The position numbers and the translations under genes are program-made. From Candidatus Nomurabacteria bacterium RIFCSPHIGHO2_12_FULL_42_19 (GTDB taxonomy: Bacteria; Patescibacteriota; Minisyncoccia; Phycocordibacterales; UBA9973), in contig MFUM01000001.1 in assembly GCA_001786955.1 (NCBI GenBank), positions 410 to 64,409 of the forward strand: a stretch of DNA of 64,000 bases. The letters run 5' to 3'. A model generated the notes under the pieces. It searched no databases and was not told where the DNA came from. It was given only the letters and a program-made list of their open reading frames with translations. Positions within the stretch are counted from its first letter, which is position 1. Every line of letters begins with the position of its first letter. Of this stretch, positions 9,337 through 18,138 are shown one piece after another.

Positions 9337-10064
9337 TTTTAGGCGACGCTTTAAATGTTTTATCTAAACTAAAAACTAAGGTTGACGCTGTTATTGTTGA
9401 CCCACCATATAATACTGCAAATAAGAATACTAAAGTTTTAAAAGGCAGAAAGGCACGGTCCTCTGATTTTGGCAAATGGGACTATTTTACCCGTGATGAA
9501 TATTTAAATTTTACTGCGGAATGGATAAGACTTACTAAGCCAATTTTAAATGAAAATGGAAACCTTCTAATTTTTTCAAAGCTAGAATACATCAGTGATA
9601 TAAAGAGGATTTATGAAAAATTAGGTTTTAAACATCATGGTACGATGATTTGGCATAAAACTAATCCTGCCCCACAAATAAGAAAAAATGGTTTTCTATC
9701 CTCTTGCGAAGCTATTCTTTGGGCAACTAATGGTTTTGATAACAAAAAAATATCTTATACTTTTAATTTTTCAAAACAAAATGAAATGCATAATTTTATT
9801 CAAACTCCAATTTGTATGGGGCACGAAAGAACAGCTCATCCAACACAAAAACCGAAAAAAGTTTTATCTCATTTAATAAAAATTTTTACGAATGAAAAAG
9901 ACCTAATTTTAGATTGTTTTGCGGGTAGTGGTACACTTGCGGAAGCTGCCGACGAATTAAAAAGAAGCTCAATTAACATTGAAAATGATCCGGATTATTT
10001 TAAAATAATGAAAGAGCGTCTAAAAAAAATAAAAGGGGTAAGGAATTTAAAGTTAAAAAAATAA
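9318..10064 (+). CDS. Second beta-class DNA methyltransferase
   Basis: DPPYN, HPTQKP, DCFAGSGT; overlaps the first MTase. Confidence 0.92.
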   Translation: MPKHYLILGDALNVLSKLKTKVDAVIVDPPYNTANKNTKVLKGRKARSSDFGKWDYFTRDEYLNFTAEWIRLTKPILNENGNLLIFSKLEYISDIKRIYEKLGFKHHGTMIWHKTNPAPQIRKNGFLSSCEAILWATNGFDNKKISYTFNFSKQNEMHNFIQTPICMGHERTAHPTQKPKKVLSHLIKIFTNEKDLILDCFAGSGTLAEAADELKRSSINIENDPDYFKIMKERLKKIKGVRNLKLKK

Positions 10065-10067
10065 TAT

Positions 10068-11357
10068 TTACTTGAAAACAACAGGCAGCTCTAGAAATTT
10101 TTCTTTTTCCCATTTTGCCTGATAAACCTTTCTAATTCCATTATCTATACAAAGAAACACATCTGGTACACGATCTCCATTAAGCACTTTTTGTGATTTA
10201 AATAATTGAAAAACCTTAGATGCATCCCACGGCTCTTCCGCAAAAATCCATACATTTTTAAATGCATTGTTGTTTTGGTGGCCATGATTAAAATAAGAAG
10301 ACCATGTGTGCTCAAGCTCAACTTTTTGTTTTGTTCCACCAGAAAAAATGAGCTCAATATCAGGACCAGATGATCCTATTTGCACAACATCTATTACATC
10401 CTTACCATTAATTCTAAATTTTTTGCTCCAATCTAAAAATAAATTTATAAAACTATTAGATTCATTCTCCTTTCTTACTTCTAATTCAGTTTCCTGCTCA
10501 CAAAATTTTTCTTTCAATTCTTTCCACGAATAAGCAAGTCTAGCTACTTCATTCCCATATTGATCTGAAAATTCTTCAATTGCATTTTCTAAACTATAGA
10601 CTTTATAGGTATTTCCATTTTTGTCTTTACACTCTTTAGTTACATTATTGAACTCTAGAAATAATGGTTCGTGTAAAAATAAATCTTCTACTTTTATAAA
10701 GAAAAGTTCACCGAAAGGATTTTTCTTTATTGGAACTGCAAAGAAAATATGCATATTTTTCCTCTTGATCTTATTGCCCTCCCAATAACTTAATAGGTGA
10801 TATTCAAAGATGCCGCCTTTCAAAAAATTATTAAATAAAATTCTAAAAAGAAATTTATTATTTTCTGTTTTAAATACTGCATCTTTTGGAAAATCGTTGT
10901 CTCTTTTTATAGGTATAGATTTATTTCTATTTAGCCATTGTTTCACATGCGCTTGAGCTTCCCTAAGAGAATGCTGCTGATCTACTTTTTCTAACAAATC
11001 TTTTAAACCACTACTATTTGTCTTTACTGTGAAATCTTTTCCGAGAATGACTTCACCTTTTTGAATAGCATTTTTCAAACGAAAATCATTACCAAGACTA
11101 TAAGTGGCTATAATTCTAGACCCTCTTTTTACTAAACCCCTCAATGTTAAAATAGTAGATAAATTTCCTCTTAGGCCACCAAAGTTTGTATCTTCCAAAT
11201 ATTTATAATCTTTTTTAAATTTTTTAGCCCTAACCAATTCTTTATAATATTTATTAGCAAGTATTGCGATATCATTTGTATTAAAAAAATTTGTATTAAA
11301 GCGCGTAATTAATAAAAGCGTGAGGTACAATTTTTCATTTAATTTAATTAAATACAT
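10068..11357 (-). CDS. Putative restriction endonuclease (type IIS-like, C-terminal PD-(D/E)xK)
   Basis: Convergent with two MTases; C-terminal GPDIEL...KVELEH; very low GC. Confidence 0.65.
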   Translation of the reverse strand: MYLIKLNEKLYLTLLLITRFNTNFFNTNDIAILANKYYKELVRAKKFKKDYKYLEDTNFGGLRGNLSTILTLRGLVKRGSRIIATYSLGNDFRLKNAIQKGEVILGKDFTVKTNSSGLKDLLEKVDQQHSLREAQAHVKQWLNRNKSIPIKRDNDFPKDAVFKTENNKFLFRILFNNFLKGGIFEYHLLSYWEGNKIKRKNMHIFFAVPIKKNPFGELFFIKVEDLFLHEPLFLEFNNVTKECKDKNGNTYKVYSLENAIEEFSDQYGNEVARLAYSWKELKEKFCEQETELEVRKENESNSFINLFLDWSKKFRINGKDVIDVVQIGSSGPDIELIFSGGTKQKVELEHTWSSYFNHGHQNNNAFKNVWIFAEEPWDASKVFQLFKSQKVLNGDRVPDVFLCIDNGIRKVYQAKWEKEKFLELPVVFK

Positions 11358-11409
11358 AAATTATTTTTAAATAAGTTTTTTATAAACTCTATTTTTTCCA
11401 ATCCTTCCT

Positions 11410-11432
11410 CCTTCGCATAAAGCTACGGAAGG
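11410..11432. repeat. CCTTCG-type REP-like hairpin
   Basis: ccttcgcataaagctacggaagg; relatives near 43720, 44031 and 44070. Confidence 0.6.
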
Positions 11433-11440
11433 ACACGTAA

Positions 11441-11629
11441 TCACTTCCCCCGTTTCGGTTTCCAGTCGCTAATAATAATTTTACTTCCTTTTTGCCTGAC
11501 GATGACTTTCTGCTTCTCCTTCCATTTGAGTTTCCGGACAAGGTCTTTCGGCAAAGTAACAGCCAGGGAGGCCTGCCCCACTTTCGTTAACTTTCTTATA
11601 TTGCTACTGCCTGATTTAGTGATTCCCAT
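11441..11629 (-). CDS. AbrB/MazE/SpoVT family DNA-binding protein
   Basis: RKLTKVG..SLAVTLPKDLVRKLKW..KQKVIV swapped-hairpin pattern. Confidence 0.85.
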   Translation of the reverse strand: MGITKSGSSNIRKLTKVGQASLAVTLPKDLVRKLKWKEKQKVIVRQKGSKIIISDWKPKRGK

Positions 11630-11742
11630 GATAAGTATTCGATTACGTATTCGTATACGTATAATACTCTCAATCAGGCGATTTGTAAATTAAGACGCTT
11701 TAAAATAAGCTTTTTCTTCCATTTTTAGTAATCCACAGGCGC

Positions 11743-11833
11743 TTGCTTGTTGTACTAAAATTTGCTATATTGTGTATATCCTTACGAAAAAGACCCTGAT
11801 GTGGTTTCGTCCACATTGGGGGCTTTTTCTTTT
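11743..11833 (+). ncRNA. Putative small RNA: promoter plus terminator-like hairpin convergent on the NYN gene
   Basis: TTGCTT, 17 nt, TGnTATATT (11743-11771); then gaaaaagaccctgatgtgg-tttcgt-ccacattgggggctttttc and a T run. Confidence 0.4.
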
Positions 11834-12331
11834 CTACTTCTTTCTGTATTCAAGTATATTATGTTGTTCAGAAATATAGGCAATTTTTACTCCCGTCCTT
11901 TTTAAAAGGACGGAGCATTTTTTTGTATCATAGGGCGACAAAATAGTTTCTATTTTATTCTTACTAATCAAAAACTTAACAAGCGGTGAAAAATCCCCGT
12001 CGCTTGAGACTAAAACTGCTTTTGAAAACTTTTCCTCATAAGCATCTTGCATAGCACGAACAACAATATCTGCATCGCAGTTGCCCTTTGCCTTGCCTTC
12101 ACCGTCAAAAATTACTTCTTTAAAAACAAGCGTATATCCGTATTCCTGTAGGCGCGTGTACAAATCTTTGTACTTAGGAACAAGACCAAGAAAAATATAT
12201 GCCTGTTCTACCCCATATTTTTCACGAAGCCATATGCGAAAGCGTTTATAATCAAATTTCCAACTAAGGCTTTCTGTACCCTTATGCAGATTGGCTCCAT
12301 CTATGTATGCAAAGTTATTTTTGGGTTCCAT
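11834..12331 (-). CDS. NYN-domain (LabA/DUF88, PIN-like) protein
   Basis: YIDGANL, KGNCDADI, LVSSDGDF motifs. Confidence 0.9.
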   Translation of the reverse strand: MEPKNNFAYIDGANLHKGTESLSWKFDYKRFRIWLREKYGVEQAYIFLGLVPKYKDLYTRLQEYGYTLVFKEVIFDGEGKAKGNCDADIVVRAMQDAYEEKFSKAVLVSSDGDFSPLVKFLISKNKIETILSPYDTKKCSVLLKRTGVKIAYISEQHNILEYRKK

Positions 12332-12358
12332 TTACTAATTTTAACAAATAATTACTAC

Positions 12359-12616
12359 TCAATCCACCCTATTTTTATTAATTAACTCCAACTTATGTAC
12401 CCTCTTTAACGATTTAATCCTCGCCTCCTCGCGGGAGGCGGCGGAGCGATTGCGGAAACGCCTGGAATACACCAATTTCACCGGCCGGCGGGAACGCGTA
12501 TACCTCGCGCCCAGTTTCCCGCTATTGTGCTCAATAATTCTCCGCTTCAAATCGGTAGTAATACCTGTGTATAGGGTCTTGTCCGCACATTTTAATATGT
12601 AAAGGTGGTATATCAT
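12359..12616 (-). CDS. GIY-YIG nuclease family protein
   Basis: YHLYILKC.D.TLYTGITTDLKRRI.EHN..GARYTR.RRPV. Confidence 0.92.
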   Translation of the reverse strand: MIYHLYILKCADKTLYTGITTDLKRRIIEHNSGKLGARYTRSRRPVKLVYSRRFRNRSAASREEARIKSLKRVHKLELINKNRVD

Positions 12617-12619
12617 TAT

Positions 12620-13567
12620 TTAAGGATATACGGCCTTTAGCTCTTCAGAAAGATTATCTTTTATACCGCGAGTCACTTCGTTCCCGAATTCTTCAAACTC
12701 CGCAACCATCAAACGAAGTTCCAGTTTAATGCCCGCCTCGTCTCTACGGACTTCTTCAACATCACAAAACCGGGTGACCGGATTTTCAAGATTTGAATTA
12801 ACAATAATAATATTCAAGGAATTGGAATCTCTTGGCACTCCCCCAAACTCGTTTAAACAATTAGCGAACATTTTGCCTACCGCATATGCCAATTTTTTCA
12901 TCGCCGCCTCGCCATGGGTCTCCTTTGAGAGTTCAATATCGGCAGTAACATTGCCCAGAACTTCCCCTGGAATGAATTCCTTGCAGATCAAGCCCTTAAA
13001 CTTTCCATCCACCGAATCCTCGATTGTCTTATAACCCAAAAATCTTTGCACGGCCCACGCCTTGCCCGTATCAATATTTGATAACGCTTGTGACTCTTGG
13101 AATGACGGACTTTGATGGATATCATGGGTAGCATGTTTGTCGATACTGACCGTAACCGAAAACTCTTTTTCATCTTTCAATACCAATGTTATCAAATCCA
13201 CATTACGCTTAGTTCCCAAATCAAGGTCAATATCCTGCAACTCAAAACTCTCCACCATGACTTTCTGGACATCCTCTATATCTATATAATTTTCCCTGAC
13301 AATTTGGCCCAACAACGATTCCCGGTCTTCCGATGCTCTCAATACCAAAGTCCCGAGTACTTCGTAGTGATATTGGGATTCCGGTTCCTCGGGGTCAATG
13401 CCCACAAATTCAACTTTTTTTAGAATTTGTTTTTCGAATTTACCGACATCTTGCCTAAGTTCTATGAGCAGTCGCGCGGAAATCCTTTGTTCAAGAATTT
13501 GTGTTTGCGTCAATTTTTGCTCTTGTCTGAGACTTTGTCTAGGCCCCATACCCATTCCCATTTTCAT
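12620..13567 (-). CDS. Hypothetical protein: sigma54 region-I-like Q/L-rich N-terminus plus kinase-like C-terminus
   Basis: RQSLRQEQKLTQTQILEQRI; LICKEFIPG, PRDSNSLNII and FCDVE resemble kinase subdomains V, VIb and VII; start moved to 13567. Confidence 0.5.
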   Translation of the reverse strand: MKMGMGMGPRQSLRQEQKLTQTQILEQRISARLLIELRQDVGKFEKQILKKVEFVGIDPEEPESQYHYEVLGTLVLRASEDRESLLGQIVRENYIDIEDVQKVMVESFELQDIDLDLGTKRNVDLITLVLKDEKEFSVTVSIDKHATHDIHQSPSFQESQALSNIDTGKAWAVQRFLGYKTIEDSVDGKFKGLICKEFIPGEVLGNVTADIELSKETHGEAAMKKLAYAVGKMFANCLNEFGGVPRDSNSLNIIIVNSNLENPVTRFCDVEEVRRDEAGIKLELRLMVAEFEEFGNEVTRGIKDNLSEELKAVYP

Positions 13568-13602
13568 ATATTCTTTGATTTTACTCCCCCATACCCCCAA
13601 AC

Positions 13603-14217
13603 TCAAACCACCTTTGTAACATTCCAAACCCGGCCGAAATGGGTCCATCTTTCTTTAATTTCATTTTTTGAAATTTTCATCATATTCATATTCTTTCCAT
13701 CAACACTCTCGTATTGAACAGGGGCTCGGATTGTATCAAAAACACAAAGGCTTTCAGCGTCATAGCCATAGACGAATAAAACATGGTCAAGCAGACCTCC
13801 ATAGCCAATAGAAATATCTACTCCAGCCACCTCATTCCTGTCGATTATTTTTTCAATGTCTAAAATTGCCTTTTCGTAAGTAGTCCGACTGAAAAGATTT
13901 GCCCGAACAAAATCAAAAAAAGAATTTATTTTTCGGTCATTAATAATAAGCCGTAATCCTAATTTTTTAAAATATTTCGGCACTCTTAAGAATTGAATCT
14001 GCATCCAAGACAAATATGAAGGAACAGAAATTCCAAAATGTCCCTGATGTTCCAAGTCATAAGCTGTTAATTTATTCAATCCAAATTTTGTCGGAAAATA
14101 GAAAGCCAAGGCGTAAAAAAGGAAATCCCGCCCGCAACGATTTTTCACCGTTCTGTCATTAACTTTTTCTCTCTCATAAAAAGGAAAAATTTCTAAATCA
14201 ATGGGTAAATTTTTCAT
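13603..14217 (-). CDS. Putative papain-like (C39-like) cysteine peptidase
   Basis: RCG...DHVLFVYGYD...VFD gives Cys-His-Asp in the expected order. Confidence 0.55.
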   Translation of the reverse strand: MKNLPIDLEIFPFYEREKVNDRTVKNRCGRDFLFYALAFYFPTKFGLNKLTAYDLEHQGHFGISVPSYLSWMQIQFLRVPKYFKKLGLRLIINDRKINSFFDFVRANLFSRTTYEKAILDIEKIIDRNEVAGVDISIGYGGLLDHVLFVYGYDAESLCVFDTIRAPVQYESVDGKNMNMMKISKNEIKERWTHFGRVWNVTKVV

Positions 14218-14746
14218 AAAATTTTATAAGGTTGGTTATGTGTTCATCGATGTTCACGCCCAAGGCTTCACAGCCTCGGTAGATAGTCTCCCGCTCAATC
14301 TTGGCGGCGAAACTTTTCTCCGCCAGACGTTTCTTGATAGAACTCAATTTCATTTCTCCATAAGGAATAGGATTTAATTTGCGGTAAGCGTAGAAAATGC
14401 CGGAGATTTCATCACAAGCCATCAGGGCGGCGGCAAGCGGGGTGTCCGGGAGTGTAGTATACCCGTTATAGCCGTAAGCATGCGCTTCCACCGCATGAAT
14501 TAATTCTTCCGGAAAATTCCATTCTTTAAACCACCTTAGAGATTCCCTCGGATGGACATCCGGATATTCTTCAAAATCAATATCATGAAGCAATCCAGTT
14601 ATATACCACAAATCAGCATTTTCATTATAAACTTTCGCATAGCCTTCCATCGCAGTTGCCACCATCCGGACATGGTATCTCTGATATTCGTCTTTGACAT
14701 GCTTTTCCAGAAGCGCCTGCGCTTCTTCTTTTGTCGGCAAGGGCAT
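14198..14746 (-). CDS. HD/HDIG-domain phosphohydrolase
   Basis: YHVRMVA, GLLHDIDFE, AVEAH, ACDE. Confidence 0.9.
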   Translation of the reverse strand: MPLPTKEEAQALLEKHVKDEYQRYHVRMVATAMEGYAKVYNENADLWYITGLLHDIDFEEYPDVHPRESLRWFKEWNFPEELIHAVEAHAYGYNGYTTLPDTPLAAALMACDEISGIFYAYRKLNPIPYGEMKLSSIKKRLAEKSFAAKIERETIYRGCEALGVNIDEHITNLIKFYEKFTH

Positions 14747-14814
14747 AATATGATTATACTATTTTCCTCTCGGAAAAATATATAGAAGGCATAAATTTTT
14801 CCGGCTTTGCCGGT

Positions 14815-15807
14815 TTACCCGAGGATGTCTTCAATAGAACTGCCTTTTTTGTAGATTGCGATTTCGCCATCATGGTTTTTCCAAGAATTCTGAATGTCTT
14901 CAAGTATCCTCCAGCTTTCCAGAACTTCACCGCTACTGATGAATAAATCGCATTCTCCCTTTATTGCGGCACGAATGACCCGTTCGTAGGCATCGGTTTC
15001 GTGCTCTATATTAAAAACTTTTTGGCTTCCGGATTTCACATCAATTTCAATCCGGGTAAGCTTTTCTTTGAGCGCCTTTCCAGTAGTTAAACTTATCGGT
15101 ATATTATCCGAAATCAGATTTACTGATACAAAGGTTTCGGTCATGCTGTTCATGTTTTGCACTTCTTCCCGGTAGCCCTCATACTGCGCTCTTTTGACAC
15201 ATTCGTTTTTTGTTATATCGCACACAACCGCCATATTTTTCAAGGCCAGGTGGCGTTTTTTTTGGTCCAAACTCCCGGAGATAACCACACTGGCCATTTC
15301 AAGCAGATGGCTCTGCACGAAATCCTTTAAAGCTCCGACTTGTTCGTAGAAATTAACGCGTCCCTCTATCCCGATTTTTTCACTGGCTATAATTTTTATA
15401 GATTTAATATTTTTCGCGTCTAAATTCCCCTGGAGGACATTCTGAAAGGATTTTTTGGCCAAGTAATGATCCACCCGGTAAATCTGGTCCTCGGAGAAAT
15501 ATTTATCTATATGCTCCACCAGGAGTTGCGCTGATTTTAAATCTTTACCGAACGGCTTTTCTAAAAGAATTTTAATATTATCTTTCCCAAAATTTTTACT
15601 AATGAGCTCTACCGCTTCCGGAACACTCTGGGGCGGGATAGCCAAGTGAAATATCTTTTCGCTTCCTGCCGGTATTAAATTTTTTAAATCGGCGTAGTCT
15701 TTGCGTGAGACCTTTATCACATCAACATTTATTTTCTCCAAGGCAGGCAACAAATATCTTTTTGATAGGTCTCCGGACGCGCCAAAAATTATATATTTAG
15801 TTTCCAT
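14815..15807 (-). CDS. zwf: Glucose-6-phosphate dehydrogenase (compact, 330 aa)
   Basis: IFGASGDL, LEKPFG, YRVDHYLAK, DFVQSHLLE. Confidence 0.9.
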   Translation of the reverse strand: METKYIIFGASGDLSKRYLLPALEKINVDVIKVSRKDYADLKNLIPAGSEKIFHLAIPPQSVPEAVELISKNFGKDNIKILLEKPFGKDLKSAQLLVEHIDKYFSEDQIYRVDHYLAKKSFQNVLQGNLDAKNIKSIKIIASEKIGIEGRVNFYEQVGALKDFVQSHLLEMASVVISGSLDQKKRHLALKNMAVVCDITKNECVKRAQYEGYREEVQNMNSMTETFVSVNLISDNIPISLTTGKALKEKLTRIEIDVKSGSQKVFNIEHETDAYERVIRAAIKGECDLFISSGEVLESWRILEDIQNSWKNHDGEIAIYKKGSSIEDILG

Positions 15808-16702
15808 TTATTTTGTGCCCGCCGAAAGCGTTGCGCATCAGGGCGAGCAGCTTAGTGGCAAAATTAATCGCGCCTTTTTGGGACGCCAGCCGCACATCAA
15901 AAGCGGCCCGGATGGAAGGAGTTTCTATTTTAAAGTCCTGCGCCGTTTCAAGCGCCCAACGCGCTTCGCCGGACTCGGCCACAAACCCTTCAATGCCTTG
16001 AAGCTCCGGATTTTCTTTAAGAGCGTCCCGGGTGAGTTCGTTCAGCCAGGAAGTCACCACACTTCTGTGCTGCCAAACATCTCCGGCCGCCACCAAGTCA
16101 ATGTCTTTGTAGGGCCCTTCTTTAAGAAGCCGGTAGCCTTCGGCCAGCGATTCCATCATGCCGTATTCAATGGCATTGTGCGTCATTTTGATAAAATGCC
16201 CCGCCCCGCTTTCGCCGAAACGGTGAAAGGCGCCGCCGGGAAGAGACAGCGTTTTTAAGAATGGAATAATTTTTTCATAGGATTCCTGTCCGCCACCCGC
16301 CATCATGGAAAATCCGTTTTTATAGCCCCAGATTCCCCCGCTCGTTCCAACATCAAGAAGGACCGAGCCGGCTTCAAGAACTTTCCGGGCGCGCTCCCGC
16401 GTAAGCCGGAAATCTGAATTGCCCCCGTCAATCAAAATGCTCCCTTTCGGAATTATCTGAAGCCAGGCCCGGAGTTCCTCTTCCATAATTTCCGAAGGCA
16501 ACATGAGCCAGATTATCACCGGCTCCGCGCCGAAAGCGACAACTGTTTCTTCTTTGGTATAAGCCCCCTTCATACCCTTTTTTTCGGCTTCGTCTATTTT
16601 TTCCCGCGTCTTGGTGTGGGCAATAACTTTGAAACCGCCCTCTTGGAGCTTCCTGGCAATTTGCTCTCCCATTTTTCCCAAACCAACGACTGCTATTTTC
16701 AT
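15797..16702 (-). CDS. gnd: 6-phosphogluconate dehydrogenase, decarboxylating (short type)
   Basis: GLGKMG, IDGGNS, DVGTSGG, GHFIKMTHNAIEYG, RNAFGGH. Confidence 0.95.
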   Translation of the reverse strand: MKIAVVGLGKMGEQIARKLQEGGFKVIAHTKTREKIDEAEKKGMKGAYTKEETVVAFGAEPVIIWLMLPSEIMEEELRAWLQIIPKGSILIDGGNSDFRLTRERARKVLEAGSVLLDVGTSGGIWGYKNGFSMMAGGGQESYEKIIPFLKTLSLPGGAFHRFGESGAGHFIKMTHNAIEYGMMESLAEGYRLLKEGPYKDIDLVAAGDVWQHRSVVTSWLNELTRDALKENPELQGIEGFVAESGEARWALETAQDFKIETPSIRAAFDVRLASQKGAINFATKLLALMRNAFGGHKINGN

Positions 16703-17370
16703 TTTGTTTTGTAATTTGTAAAAATTTTTAATAATGGAACTTTTTTCAAAATTTGCGCGGGTTGTTCGTGTATATCCAAATCATTTTTTTCCAAATCTTC
16801 CACAACCTTCCACTTTTCTTTACCCTGCGCGAAAGCGACCGCTTCATCCAACTTTACTATAGTTTTCGGCGTTATGGTAATGCGCTCAAACGTCCCGGCA
16901 TCATAAGCGACGCTCCACCCCATGGCATTAACCGCCACACTCCGGGGCAGGACACCGGCAGTATGGCCATCGGCTCCTATTCCGAACAATCCGATTTTAT
17001 ATTCCGCGGCGCGGAGCTCATTTTCAAGCATGTTATTGAATTTTTTATTGGCGGCTTCCCTATCCTCTCCTTCCAAAATAGGCAGAAGTTTTGCCTCAGG
17101 CAGGCTGAAACCCTTCTCCAAAAGCTGCCGCCAGTTGGAGTCGGGATGGTTGGGCGGCCCGTAACGCTCATCGGTCAGCATAATGGTCAAATTTTGATGC
17201 GGGTGCGCCGATATTAATTTGGCTGCCTCCACGGCAACAGCGATGGAAGAACCGCCGGTCACAAACAAAAGCACGCGCTTGTTTAAACCCAGCTGGCGAA
17301 TGACGGATTCTGCTAAAAAGTCTGCCGCATCTTGTGCTTGAGTGGTAGTTTTGATGGAAATGGATTTCAT
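16699..17370 (-). CDS. pgl: 6-phosphogluconolactonase
   Basis: TGGSS, TDERY, DSN, GIGADGHTAG; in operon with gnd and zwf. Confidence 0.88.
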   Translation of the reverse strand: MKSISIKTTTQAQDAADFLAESVIRQLGLNKRVLLFVTGGSSIAVAVEAAKLISAHPHQNLTIMLTDERYGPPNHPDSNWRQLLEKGFSLPEAKLLPILEGEDREAANKKFNNMLENELRAAEYKIGLFGIGADGHTAGVLPRSVAVNAMGWSVAYDAGTFERITITPKTIVKLDEAVAFAQGKEKWKVVEDLEKNDLDIHEQPAQILKKVPLLKIFTNYKTK

Positions 17371-17376
17371 GGCTGA

Positions 17377-17454
17377 TTATTCAATAACTATTAATTTGCT
17401 GGGGTGTTTGTGACCCCGCCGACGCCAAGGCTTTGGCGGGCAGGCATTTACAAT
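17377..17454 (-). pseudogene. Diverged duplicate of the DUF167 gene 3' end carrying a 30-nt in-frame palindromic insertion
   Basis: Reads IVN-ACPPKPWRRR-GHKHPSKLIVIE* against IVNGHRHPSKLIVID* in the intact gene. Confidence 0.75.
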
Positions 17455-17678
17455 TAATCAATGACTATCAACTTACTGGGGTGTCTGTGTCCATTTACAA
17501 TCCTAACTTTACTCGAGGGGATTTTGAAATGCCCGGCTATAATTTCAAGCACACGCATATTGGCCAGGTTACGTTCGGCTTTCTGGCGGACGGAAATTTC
17601 AAAATGGTCTTCAGTTTTTTTCCTGAAAGATTCCTTTCCCGCCCCGGCCGTGACTTTTACGTGAATGTAAGCAGCCAA
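17454..17678 (-). CDS. DUF167 (YggU-like) protein
   Basis: IHVKVTAGA...ISVRQKAERNLAN...VRIVNGH.HPSK. Confidence 0.85.
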   Translation of the reverse strand: MAAYIHVKVTAGAGKESFRKKTEDHFEISVRQKAERNLANMRVLEIIAGHFKIPSSKVRIVNGHRHPSKLIVID

Positions 17679-17688
17679 TTTAATTTAT

Positions 17689-18060
17689 TTATTTCAAGAA
17701 AAATAGATACAAGCCGATTATTACGGCTGCCAGGCCATAAATGCCGAACGTGTTTCGAAATTTTTTAACAGCTATTTCATTGAGCATCTGGGGAGCAAAA
17801 ATGTATGCCAGGCCTTTTAGCATAACCAGCCAGACAAAAAACGTTACGACGGTTTTCCAAGTCCCATCCCAGACATTATATTGGATGAGATACGTTGACG
17901 ACAAGAAAATCAAAATTACGCCGGTCAGATAAACAATGGCCGGATGGTCAAAAAAATCTTTAAGCAAATGCGGGACGGTCTTGCCTTTTAAAATAAGAAA
18001 CAAGCCGCTGACCACCAAATAGATTCCTAATATTTTTGCAACCAAAATTGTGATGTCCAT
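17689..18060 (-). CDS. Hypothetical four-TM membrane protein
   Basis: 123-aa hydrophobic ORF. Confidence 0.75.
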   Translation of the reverse strand: MDITILVAKILGIYLVVSGLFLILKGKTVPHLLKDFFDHPAIVYLTGVILIFLSSTYLIQYNVWDGTWKTVVTFFVWLVMLKGLAYIFAPQMLNEIAVKKFRNTFGIYGLAAVIIGLYLFFLK

Positions 18061-18138
18061 ATGATTTAACGAAAGATGCCGCGCAACGACGACAAAAGCG
18101 TGGCGTTAGTTACTAATAATAATTGAATTATAGCACAT

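Noticed and set aside
6047-12616. Prophage or integrative element
   Set aside because: No integrase, transposase or phage structural genes, and no clear att pair.
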